From positions 48,002 to 112,001 of the forward strand of contig CAVTHF010000003.1 of assembly GCA_963734415.1 (NCBI GenBank): 64,000 nt of DNA. Reading direction: 5' to 3'. A program made the position numbers and the translations under genes. The stretch comes from an uncultured Acidobacteriota bacterium (GTDB lineage Bacteria > Acidobacteriota > Terriglobia > Terriglobales > Acidobacteriaceae). The notes under the pieces are model-generated. The model made no database searches, had not been told where the DNA came from, and saw nothing but the letters and a program-made list of their open reading frames with translations. Shown here piece by piece: positions 7,785 to 16,133 of this stretch (positions are counted from its first letter, which is position 1; every line of letters begins with the position of its first letter).

Positions 7785-7835
7785 CAACGTCAACTTCAAC
7801 GTCAAAGGCGACGGACAGGAGTGTCCGTCCCACAC
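7785..7835 (-). repeat. REP unit f (inverted, variant c type)
   Basis: CAACGTCAACTTCAACGTCAAAGGCGACGGACAGGAGTGTCCGTCCCACAC. Confidence 0.85.
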
Positions 7836-7854
7836 GATTTATTTTGATTGCCGG

Positions 7855-7892
7855 CCCAAAGCGGGAAGGTTTCGGTCTATTCCCGCTTTGGG
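7855..7892. other. Perfect 13-bp inverted repeat hairpin
   Basis: CCCAAAGCGGGAA - 12-nt loop - TTCCCGCTTTGGG. There is no T tract afterwards. Confidence 0.6.
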
Positions 7893-8037
7893 TGATGGCT
7901 GTCGAAAATCTTGTCAATAGGCAGAAACTACACGAATCGGCCTATCTGCTTCGCGACACGGCAAATATAACTTAAGAAAGCGTGTCTCACTTACCTTTGC
8001 GAATCGCTATAATTTAGATATAGACATCTAATCGAAG

Positions 8038-8063
8038 GCGCGGCCTGGCGGCTGCGCTTTTTT
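8038..8063 (+). terminator. Rho-independent-terminator-like hairpin plus T6
   Basis: GCGCGGCC-TGGC-GGCTGCGC forms 8 bp including one G.U pair, followed by TTTTTT. It ends 15 nt before the ATG at 8079. Confidence 0.5.
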
Positions 8064-8078
8064 CTTTTGGGGTAACTC

Positions 8079-8558
8079 ATGATCGACGCAGTAAATTTCA
8101 TCAAGAATCCGAAGCGGCGGGGGGAGTGGGCTGAGCTGCGGTTTATGGCTGCTGCGGCGGAACATGGGCTCAGCGTTTCTAAACCGTGGGGCGATTCGGA
8201 GCGGTATGACGTGGGAGTTGAACATAATGGGCAGTATCGGCGGGTGCAGGTAAAGTCGGTTTCGTACCACACGGGCCGGTCGTACCGTTGCGGAATCGGG
8301 GCGCGGGGGACAATGCGGGCTTACAAGAGCGATGAGTTGGATTTTTTCGCGATCTTTATTGTGCCGGAGGAATTGTGGTACATCGTGCCGGTGCAGGCGG
8401 CGCTGGCTTCAGGGAATCGGACGGTTTGTTTGACGCCTTCGCGGAAGCGGAACCGGTATGAGGTTTATCGGGCGGCTTGGCATTTGTTACTGAATCGGCG
8501 GTTTGGGACGGGCGGGAGTGAGGTGGTGGTGGATGGGGAGGTTTTTTCGGTTGGGTAG
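8079..8558 (+). CDS. PD-(D/E)XK endonuclease-like protein (group-I-intron-associated endonuclease-like fold; Hjc-like)
   Basis: KRRGEWAELRFMAAAAEHGLSVSKPWGDSERYDVGVEHNGQYRRVQVKSVS gives the GE...D...(V/I)Q(V)K arrangement of this nuclease family. Assignment is from memory of the family pattern. The C-terminal ~25 aa may be over-extension. Confidence 0.6.
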   Translation: MIDAVNFIKNPKRRGEWAELRFMAAAAEHGLSVSKPWGDSERYDVGVEHNGQYRRVQVKSVSYHTGRSYRCGIGARGTMRAYKSDELDFFAIFIVPEELWYIVPVQAALASGNRTVCLTPSRKRNRYEVYRAAWHLLLNRRFGTGGSEVVVDGEVFSVG

Positions 8559-8566
8559 AGCTTTTA

Positions 8567-8650
8567 ATCGCGGAGATCGCTGAGGGGAACTTCGGAGTTC
8601 GCAGAGAAGAGCAACGGCTTCACCACAGAGGGCACAGAGATCACAGGGAA
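8567..8650. repeat. Composite intergenic repeat (CGCGGAGATCGCTGAGGGG unit plus CACCACAGAGGGCACAGAGATCACAGGG unit)
   Basis: Lies between the convergent nuclease and aminotransferase genes. The second unit belongs to the CACAGAGG family. Confidence 0.55.
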
Positions 8651-8668
8651 AACCAGGTGCCTTACGCT

Positions 8669-9879
8669 TTACGAATATCTTTCCTTCATCAACTCTGCTA
8701 TCGACTGCGTAGGCTTTTGCTAGCGTTTCTTCATCCGGCAAAAAAACGATTCGGAAATGCTTGCTCCCGGGCTTTTGGCCGAAGCCGGAGCCGTGGACTA
8801 CCATGACGTGCTTTTTCAGGATTAGTTCTTTGACGAAGAGTTCGTCGGCGTCGGGAATGTCGAGGCGCGGGAAGGCGTAGAAGGCGCCGCGCGGAGGGAC
8901 ACAGCTTACCCGCGGGATGGCATTGCAGGCGCTGACCGTGAGGTCGCGGCGGCTGCGCAGCTTCGCACAAACGATGGGCAAGTGGTCTTGCGGGCCTTCG
9001 AGGGCGGGCTTGATTCCATATTGTTCGGGATGGTTGGCGCAGAGCCGGGCGCGCAGCAGTTTTTGGACGCCTTCGTTGTACGGCTTGACGGCGGCGGCTT
9101 CGCCGCTGACGATGCCCCATCCGATGCGCCAGCCGGGAGCGAGATAGTTTTTGGACAGGCCTCCGAAAGTTACGCAGGGGACGTCGGGGGCGGCGGCGGC
9201 GAAAGCGATGTGCTGGCCGTCGTCATCGAGAATCAGTTTGTCGTAGATTTCGTCGGCGAAGATGACCAGATTGTGGCGGCGGGCCAGTTCGGCTACTTCT
9301 TCCAGCATTTTTCGGGTGCAGAGCGAGCCGGTGGGGTTGTTGGGATTGATCAGCACTATGCCGCGAGTGCGCGGAGTGATTTTCTTCTTCAGGTCGGCCA
9401 GGTCAGGCTGCCAGGCATTTTCTTCGTCAAGATAATACGGATTCAGCGCGATGCCCGTCTTGGCCAGGACCGCGGAATACAAGCGGATAGTCGGGGCACG
9501 GGGTTAGCAGGTCTTCGCCGGGATTGAGCAACGCGGTGAGGCAGACGTCCACGGCTTCGCTAGCGCCGGTGGTGACGAAGACGTCCTGGACGGTGGTGAT
9601 GCCCTTGCGTGCGGCTTCGCCGCGGATGGCTTCGAGAGCTTGCGGGATTCCCGATGAGGGCGCGTAGCCGTTCTTGTTGTCGCGCATTGCTTTGGCGACG
9701 GCTTCGACGATGTGCGCGGGAGTGGCGAAGTCGAAGATGTTGGGATCGCCGACATTGAGCGGAAGAATCTTGTGGCCCTGCTTGGCGACTTCGTCGGCGT
9801 AGCAGGCGAGGTCGCGGATGGCGTAGTGAACGTTGTCGAGGCGGGTGGCGGCGAGGATTTCGCGAGTTTGTGTGGGCAT
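8669..9879 (-). pseudogene. Class I/II PLP-dependent aminotransferase (AlaA-like), interrupted by two +1 frameshifts
   Basis: The N-terminal part (ORF 9427-9879) reads ...LLTPCPDYPL. The continuation in the next frame (ORF 8487-9482) reads YSAVLAKTGIALNPYYLDEENAW...GGLSKNYLAPGWRIGW...HFRIVFLP. There is an extra base at about 9480. A second shift at about 8702 restores a natural end, ...AYAV/IAELMKERYS*, with TAA at 8669-8671. Without it the ORF runs through a repeat element to 8487. Confidence 0.85.
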
Positions 9880-9897
9880 GGGGACTCCAAATCTTTA

Positions 9898-9956
9898 CCA
9901 CAGAGGTCACAGAGATTCACAGGGGTTTTCTCCGTGTTCCTCTGTGTCCTCTGTGG
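9898..9956. repeat. CACAGAGG-type imperfect palindrome
   Basis: CCACAGAGGTCACAGAGATTCACAGGGG...TCTCCGTGTTCCTCTGTGTCCTCTGTGG. About 21 of 28 arm positions are complementary. It lies between the ALDH stop and the aminotransferase start. Confidence 0.7.
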
Positions 9957-9965
9957 TTGAGGCGT

Positions 9966-11504
9966 TTATTCTCCGCGGTCGATCTGGGCTTTCTGCAGCT
10001 TGTCGGAATAATCTACGTAGACTGCTTTCCACTGGCTGAAGAAGTCGATGGCGCCGACGCCGCCCTCGCGGTGGCCGTTGCCGGTGGACTTCACTCCTCC
10101 GAAGGGGAGATGCACTTCCGCCCCAATCGTGGGCGCGTTGATGTAGGTGATTCCGGCTTCCAGGTCGCGCATGGCGCTGAAGGCTTTGTTGACGTCCTTG
10201 GTGTAGAGCGAGGACGACAGGCCGTATTCGATGTTGTTGGCGATTTCGATGGCGTCTTCGAGATCTTCGCAGGGGATGATGGAGACTACCGGGCCGAAGA
10301 TTTCTTCCTGGGCGATGCGCATTTTGGGATCGACGTCGGCGAATACCGTCGGTTCCATGAAGTAGCCGTGTTGATAGTCGCCAGTGGTGAGCCGATTGCC
10401 GCCGCACTTGAGGCGGGCGCCTTCGGCTTTGCCGATGTCCACGTAGTTGAGGTCGGTCTTGAGCTGGTTCTCGTTGATGGCGGGACCCATCTCGATGGAT
10501 TCGTCGAGGCCATTGCCAACTTTCAGGCGCTTGGCTAGTTCGACGTAGCGTTCGACGAATTCGCTGTAGACGCCCTTCTGGACAATTATTCTGCTGGTCG
10601 CAGTGCAGCGCTGGCCGGTGGTTCCGAAGCCTCCCCAGAGGCCGCCTTCGATGGCGAGTTCGAGGTTGGCGTCGTCGAGGACGATCATCGGATTCTTGCC
10701 GCCTAGTTCTAGTGAGCAGTGCTTGAAGCGCTTGGCTGCGACCTGGCCGACGATTTTTCCTACCGCGCTCGAACCGGTGAGTGAGATCGCTTTGACGTCG
10801 GGATGCTCGGCCAGTGGAGCGCCCACGTCGGGGCCAAAGCCGGTGACGATGTTGATCACGCCCTTGGGCAGGCCGGCGTCGACGAGCGTGCGAACGAGAT
10901 TAAAAGTGGAGAGCGGAGTGTCCTGCGCGGGTTTGATAACGCAGGTGTTGCCACAAACGATTGCCGGCAGCAGCTTCCACGACGGAATCGCCATGGGAAA
11001 ATTCCACGGCGCAATCATTCCGCAGACGCCCAGGGGTTGGCGGATTGCCATGGCAAATTTGTTGGGCAGCTCGGACGGCGTGGTGGGGCCGAACATGCGG
11101 CGGCCTTCGCCGGCCATGTAGTAGGCGGTGTCGACGGCTTCCTGCACGTCGCCGCGGGTTTCTTTCAGGACTTTGCCCATTTCGCGGGTCATGTCGCGGG
11201 CGAACTCTTCCTTGCTGCCGCTGAGGATTTCGGCGGCGCGATAGACGATCTCAGCGCGGCGGGGAGCCGGCACCAGGCGCCACTTCTTGAAGGCGCGCTT
11301 GGCGGCGTCGACGGCGGTCTCGACATCGGCCGGGCCGGATCTCTGGAAGATGCCGACTACGTCGCGAGTGTCGGCGGGGTTGCGGTTTTCGAAGGTGTCG
11401 CCGGTCGAGGCTTCGACCCATTCGCCGTCGATAAAGTTCTTATAAACCTTGGTGCGGGTGGCCGTGCCCATGATGGTGGGTCCGGTGAGAACGTCGGTTG
11501 CCAT
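9966..11504 (-). CDS. NAD(P)-dependent aldehyde dehydrogenase family protein
   Basis: 512 aa with catalytic motifs [12 protein letters not shown] and [16 protein letters not shown]. Confidence 0.9.
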   Translation of the reverse strand: MATDVLTGPTIMGTATRTKVYKNFIDGEWVEASTGDTFENRNPADTRDVVGIFQRSGPADVETAVDAAKRAFKKWRLVPAPRRAEIVYRAAEILSGSKEEFARDMTREMGKVLKETRGDVQEAVDTAYYMAGEGRRMFGPTTPSELPNKFAMAIRQPLGVCGMIAPWNFPMAIPSWKLLPAIVCGNTCVIKPAQDTPLSTFNLVRTLVDAGLPKGVINIVTGFGPDVGAPLAEHPDVKAISLTGSSAVGKIVGQVAAKRFKHCSLELGGKNPMIVLDDANLELAIEGGLWGGFGTTGQRCTATSRIIVQKGVYSEFVERYVELAKRLKVGNGLDESIEMGPAINENQLKTDLNYVDIGKAEGARLKCGGNRLTTGDYQHGYFMEPTVFADVDPKMRIAQEEIFGPVVSIIPCEDLEDAIEIANNIEYGLSSSLYTKDVNKAFSAMRDLEAGITYINAPTIGAEVHLPFGGVKSTGNGHREGGVGAIDFFSQWKAVYVDYSDKLQKAQIDRGE

Positions 11505-11887
11505 GAAAGCCTCCTAGGAGTGCGGGGAACTTGGGAAACTATGATGTTTCTATGCTACAGGGGTGGGGTTAGGGGCGGCAAGGCAGGGGGAAAGTGGCTT
11601 TTTTGAATTAGAGGCAGTTCTCAGATCTCAGTTCCCGGTTCTCAGTTCTCCCTGCGCTCCCAAGGGGAGACGTTTTTCTCCCAAACTTCGGTCTGTTTCG
11701 CTGATTTTGGGGAAGGCGCCGTGGGCTGTATTCTTGCGCCGCTCTGCGGCTCAAGACTGACGCCTTTTATCCAACCGCAATCTGGCGTTGCGCGTTCTCA
11801 TGCACCCTGAAAGCACTGTCCACCTGAAAAGCAGAGTTTGTTTGTCACTGGCGAGGGCGAGACGCCCTCGCCGACGGCCCGCCGGCG

Positions 11888-13355
11888 CTACTCATTCTTT
11901 TCTGGGGCCGCGTCTCTGATGTGCGTCGCGATGTACCACTGGTTGCCGAAGGCGTCTTTCACTCCTCCGCTGCGGTCGCCGTAGGGGTGGTCGGTGGGCT
12001 CGGAAATCGATGTGGCTCCGGCCGTGAGAGCGCGCTGATAAACCGCGTCGCAATCGGGAACATATAGGTAGAACATCGACGACAGAGGCTGGTAGGGCCC
12101 GTGCGCTTCGCCCAACTCCACCACCGAACTGCCAACGCGAATCTCGGCGTGGTGAATGATGCCGTCGGGCGAGGCGTACTTCCCCAACTCCTCGGCGCCG
12201 AAGGCACGCTTCAAGAAGTTGATGACCGGCTCGCCCCGCCACGGGTGCATGTACACATTCACATTGTTCAAGCCTTTGGGCACATAGGTTGGCCCCTGGT
12301 GAGTCGCGATGTACCAGTAGTTGCCGGCCGGATCTTTCACTCCGGCTGAACGCTCGCCGTATTCCTGGTCGGCGGGTCCGCTGATGGAAGTTGCCCCCGC
12401 TGCCAGCGCCCGCTTGTAGACCGCGTCAGTATCTTCCACGTAGACATGCAGGGCGGTGGTGTTCGGGCGTCGCGTTCATCTTGCGGCCGGGAATACCCCC
12501 ACCGACCATCAGCATGGAGTCACCGATCTTGATCTCAGCGTGCAGCCCGCCGGCCCCGCCAGTTCCGCGGAACTTCTCCTCAGCTGCGAATGCCTGCTTG
12601 GCAAATTCCAGCAATGCCGGTCCGTCCGCGGCGACCATATACGGCGTGACGGTGTGATAGCCCTGGGGGATGGGATCGACCGCCGGCTTCTTTAGCATCT
12701 GCTGCTTTATCGGCTCAAAACGCCGGTGCATTTCGGCGACCGACATTTCCTCTTGAACCGTAGAAACCGCCCAGGTATAGCCAAATGGATCCTCCACTTT
12801 CCCCGTGCGGTAGCCGTAGAACTGATCTGCCACCGGCGATACGAGTTTCGCGCCAGCCGCGAGGGCCTGCGCGACCACCGTGTCGGAGTCTTCGAGGAAA
12901 AGTTCGATGGTCACCGGCGAACCGCCCAACGTTTGCGGGCCAGGCATGCCGTACTCCGGAGCCTCATCCGCCAGCATGATCACGGAGTTGCCAATCTGGA
13001 TTTCCGCGTGGCCGACGCCCAGTTCATTTTCGAAGCGCATGTTTTCTCGCGCTCCAAAGGCCTTCTTGTAGAACTCGATGGCGGCAGCGGCGCCCTTGAT
13101 GCGCAGGCGGGGCGCGGCAGTCTGGCGGATTCTGGTCACTGGTTCGGTTGCGGTTGCCATAGTCGTTTTCCTTTCAAGATCAGATTTCAAACGTGCTCGG
13201 AACCCCGGCCGGGGCAGGGTGGTCAACTGGGCGGCAATGCGAACCAGAGGAGCCAGACGAGCATCCGCTGGCAGCGCGGCATCAGGATGCAAGAGCACCC
13301 CACTTACCGCCAAATCGAGTTCGTCAAATCGGCTGCGTTTAGCCATTTCTGCCAC
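11888..13355 (-). pseudogene. Soluble protein with a ~70-aa N-terminal region plus three tandem VOC/glyoxalase (PhnB-like) domains; one +1 frameshift
   Basis: ORF 12426-13355 ends ...GDSMLMVGGGIPGRKMNAT. The next frame continues PNTTALHVYVEDTDAVYKRALAAGATSISGPADQEYGERSAGVKDPAGNYWYIATH (ORF 11888-12439). There is an extra base near 12466. Each domain ends in Y-G-x-R-x-G-x-(V/K)-(E/D)-(D/P)-x-G-x-x-W. Confidence 0.75.
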
Positions 13356-13962
13356 CAGACTTCTTGATTCCCTTCGCGGACTTTAGTGTCCTTTGTGGTT
13401 TGGCGGTTTTCACCACGTCGAAACCGTCGCGCAAATTCTCCAGACCACGAAACTGCAGCTGCTTGATGGCGCCCTCGCTACGATCGAGTTGTTGCGCAAT
13501 CTCGCGGATGCTTTTCTGCTCTGCAAATCGCATGACCACGACGTGCCTTTGGTCCTCCGGCAGTTGATCGACCAACCGGAAGAGGCGGGCGCGATCTTCA
13601 ACCTGCCCAAGACCGGGGCGGGTGCTGAGTTCGGGCGGATCGTCGACGGCAATCTCGCGGCCGTGCCGTTTGGAGCGATCGACAATGGCATTGACGGCAA
13701 TCCGCAGCAGCCAGGCCCCGAAAGGCACACCTCGCCACTCAAAGCGCTTGAGATTGGCTAGTGCCTTGTGGAACACGTCGGAGGTCAAGTCTTCGGCGGC
13801 ATCGCGGTCGCCGACCCTGCGGGCGATGAAGGCATAGACCCGCTCGAAATGAATCTCGTAGAGGTCGGCGAAGCGAGCTGGATCCTTCTGAGCAGCCTCC
13901 ACCAGCAGACGTTCATCCGTCTGCTCCGGGGACCGCCGCGAAGCCGGTGCTCTCGCCACCAT
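13339..13962 (-). CDS. ECF-type RNA polymerase sigma-70 family factor
   Basis: The region-2 motif is FERVYAFIARRVGDRDAAEDLTSDVFHKAL. The region-4 motif is LPEDQRHVVVMRFAEQKSIREIAQQLDRSEGAIKQLQFRGL. It overlaps the start of the downstream VOC gene by 17 nt. Confidence 0.85.
   Translation of the reverse strand: MVARAPASRRSPEQTDERLLVEAAQKDPARFADLYEIHFERVYAFIARRVGDRDAAEDLTSDVFHKALANLKRFEWRGVPFGAWLLRIAVNAIVDRSKRHGREIAVDDPPELSTRPGLGQVEDRARLFRLVDQLPEDQRHVVVMRFAEQKSIREIAQQLDRSEGAIKQLQFRGLENLRDGFDVVKTAKPQRTLKSAKGIKKSGGRNG
13381..13398. repeat. Half-unit of the CACAAAGG/CACAGAGG repeat
   Basis: CTTTAGTGTCCTTTGTGG is the reverse complement of CCACAAAGGACACTAAAG (compare 17330-17357). It sits inside the 3' tail of the sigma gene. 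Confidence 0.45.
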
Positions 13963-14307
13963 CGTTGTCCTAACTTTATAAACTGTTGGGGCGGGAAAAG
14001 GTTACGGGATGGAATGGAGCTGCGCGGGCGAAGTGCCCAGGACACGGTAGAAAACTTAAGGGGCCTTTCAAACGCGTACGAGGGGGTCGACGCGAATGAA
14101 AGGCCCCATCCTTGGGGGAGCACCCTTTTACAACGTTTTTGCCGTCGCCGCGCAGCGAAGCCGGTTTTGTTACGAATTCGGAACAAGATTCCCCCGATTG
14201 CGGGATTTCGTTCGCAGTGACCTGAGGACAGACGACTTACGGAAGGGCTCAACCGGTCTAAAGTTTCCCAGGAGGCCGCCGATAACACCCACGGGAGGAC
14301 TTCTCCA

Positions 14308-14478
14308 ATGGCTCCAAGCATTAGTCCGGTCAGTCAGCCACACGTCAACCTTCAACCCAAACCAGCAGCTCAGAAAGCGCAGGCTCCGAAACCAGCAGCT
14401 CAGCCGGTCCCGGCGGCACAGGACAAGGTGACTCTGCGAAGCGCTCAAAAAGCGAGTCAGGACGGCGACCAGGGCTGA
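14308..14478 (+). CDS. Small low-complexity protein (56 aa), function unknown
   Basis: GGGAGGA lies 7 nt upstream of the ATG. Product: MAPSISPVSQPHVNLQPKPAAQKAQAPKPAAQPVPAAQDKVTLRSAQKASQDGDQG. A terminator hairpin follows at 14514-14547. It is below the ORF-track size cutoff. Confidence 0.4.
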   Translation: MAPSISPVSQPHVNLQPKPAAQKAQAPKPAAQPVPAAQDKVTLRSAQKASQDGDQG

Positions 14479-14513
14479 GCCCGGTACTCAATCACATAGT
14501 GTTGCGGTCTAAA

Positions 14514-14547
14514 GGGCGCGGCTGAAAAAGCCGTGCCCTTCGTTTTC
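14514..14547 (+). terminator. Rho-independent terminator candidate
   Basis: GGGCGCGGC-TGAAAAA-GCCGTGCCC forms 9 bp including one G.U pair, followed by TTCGTTTTC. Confidence 0.5.
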
Positions 14548-14588
14548 GGCGCGGGCGCAGGTTTTGTTGGCTTTGCTATTCTGGCTCG

Positions 14589-14678
14589 GTGAAGTTGAGC
14601 CGAGATGCCGGATTTTGGCTGGTAACGATCGTGGTCACGATTGTGCTGGCTGTTATCACCTGGTTCGTTTCAAAGTAA
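14589..14678 (+). CDS. Possible 29-aa single-TM micropeptide
   Basis: GTG start. Product: (M)KLSRDAGFWLVTIVVTIVLAVITWFVSK*. No convincing RBS; speculative. Confidence 0.15.
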   Translation: MKLSRDAGFWLVTIVVTIVLAVITWFVSK

Positions 14679-14947
14679 GGAACGACCCCTTTCTTGTTTC
14701 GCCACTCCGTAACCTTTTCCCCTTCCATTCGTTATAGATGATGAACACAATCGGGTGACATTTGTCATCGCGCTGCGGTGACGATCTCCACTGGCGTGAG
14801 GACTGCCTGACGGCGATGATGCAAGTTGTAAAAGGTTGTTGAGGGCCGTTGCCCGGTTTCCGGAACATCGGCTATGCTGGAGAGAACCGCAGGTCACGTA
14901 GTGGGGCGTTTAGAGTCATCTCTTTCTAGAGGTTCTGGAGTTCAAAC

Positions 14948-16099
14948 ATGACCCTGATCAGCTTTGTCCGAAAGAATGCCTTCCGTAACAAGCGCCGCAG
15001 CCTGCTGACGCTGGCGAGCATCGGCTTTTCTCTATTGCTGCTGACCGTCATGATGACCATCTGGCGGGCGTTTTATCTGTCCGATGGCAGCGCGGAATCG
15101 GCGCAGCGGCTGATCGTTCGGCACAAGGTTTCACTCGCCCAGTTCCTGCCCATCTCCGACCGCGAGAGAATCCGATCGATGCCGGGAGTCAAGCAGGTGG
15201 TCAACGAGACGTGGTTTGGCGGGCAATATAAGGATGACAAGCCGGAAAACTTTTTCGCACAGTTCGGAACTGATCCCCAGGAAATATTTCAGGTTTTAAC
15301 CGACTTCCATATCCCGCCGGACCAGCTCGAAGCCTGGCAAAAGGACCGCGCCGGTTGCGTGGCCGACGCCGAACTGGCCAAGAAGCATGGCTGGAAGATC
15401 GGCGACCGCATTCCGATCAAGGGAACCATCTTTCCATTTAACCTGGAGTTGACGTTGCGCGGTATGTTCACTGCGCCCCAGGCCACGGAAACTTTGTATT
15501 TCAACAACGCCTATATGGACGAAGGCTATGCCCGGATCAAAGGCTTTGTAGGGTTTTTTGGCGTGCTGGCAGATTCTCCCCAGGCAGTGCCCCAGGTGGC
15601 CAAAGACATTGACGCTGCCTTCCGCAACACCGACCGGCCCACGAAGTCGGAGAGCGAGAAGGCCTTTAACCTAGACTGGATCGCGATGCTGGGCAATGTG
15701 AAGGCATTCATCCTGAGCATCTGCGCGGCGGTGGTGTTTGCCACATTGCTGGTTTCAGCGAACACCATGGCGATGTCGATTCGCGAACGCACTCGTGAAG
15801 TTGCATTGCTGAAGACACTGGGTTTTACTCGCGGCACGGTACTGGGCTTGTTCATGAGCGAGGCGGTCACGCTGGCAGCGGTCGGCGGGCTGCTGGGGGC
15901 GATTGGAGCTTCGGGCATTATTTTCCTCATGGCGCATGCGCCCGGAATTGGCTTGATGCTGGCGGGAGTGAAGCCGAATGTTGCGACGATTGTGGTAGCG
16001 GTTTTGGTGGGAGCCACGGTCGGTGTGATCAGCTCATTCGTGCCAGCCTACAACGCCTCCCGCGGGAACATCGTAGAGGGTTTGCGGCACATCGGTTAG
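14948..16099 (+). CDS. ABC transporter permease, FtsX/MacB-like
   Basis: 383 aa: N-terminal TM, a large periplasmic domain, then a C-terminal FtsX 3-TM bundle (IRERTREVALLKTLGFTRGTVLGLFMSEA). Confidence 0.85.
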   Translation: MTLISFVRKNAFRNKRRSLLTLASIGFSLLLLTVMMTIWRAFYLSDGSAESAQRLIVRHKVSLAQFLPISDRERIRSMPGVKQVVNETWFGGQYKDDKPENFFAQFGTDPQEIFQVLTDFHIPPDQLEAWQKDRAGCVADAELAKKHGWKIGDRIPIKGTIFPFNLELTLRGMFTAPQATETLYFNNAYMDEGYARIKGFVGFFGVLADSPQAVPQVAKDIDAAFRNTDRPTKSESEKAFNLDWIAMLGNVKAFILSICAAVVFATLLVSANTMAMSIRERTREVALLKTLGFTRGTVLGLFMSEAVTLAAVGGLLGAIGASGIIFLMAHAPGIGLMLAGVKPNVATIVVAVLVGATVGVISSFVPAYNASRGNIVEGLRHIG

Positions 16100-16133
16100 A
16101 GGGCGGTTGAGCGAGGGGTTAAGCGGAGAAATT

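Larger units (their letters stand above)
6939..7835 (+). mobile_element. REPtron: RAYT transposase gene flanked by REP hairpins
   Basis: The RAYT CDS (7208-7684) has REP copy d 20 nt upstream and copy e 6 nt downstream, both in plus orientation. Inverted REP units b and c lie upstream and unit f lies downstream. Confidence 0.75.

Noticed and set aside
6487-7920. Multiple short track ORFs starting MWGGHSCPP / MWDGHSCPS / VGRTLLSAAFD
   Set aside because: They are frame translations of the REP hairpin and its GTCAAC tail, not genes.
8487-8668. C-terminal ~60-aa extension of the aminotransferase ORF (…PCDLCALCGEAVALLCELRSSPQRSPR…)
   Set aside because: It is a translation of the intergenic repeat element, reached only because of a frameshift at about 8702. 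The corrected frame stops at 8669-8671.
10803-11606. 267-aa plus-strand ORF (and 9870-10538, 10603-11121) opposite the aldehyde dehydrogenase
   Set aside because: These are high-GC antisense shadow ORFs. The translations are low-complexity (G/A/R/V-rich), while the opposite strand carries clear ALDH catalytic motifs.
14308-14478. FlgM-like anti-sigma factor (DKVTLRS resembles the D-x-V-x-L-S motif)
   Set aside because: The similarity is a single short motif in a low-complexity peptide, and there is no flagellar context.
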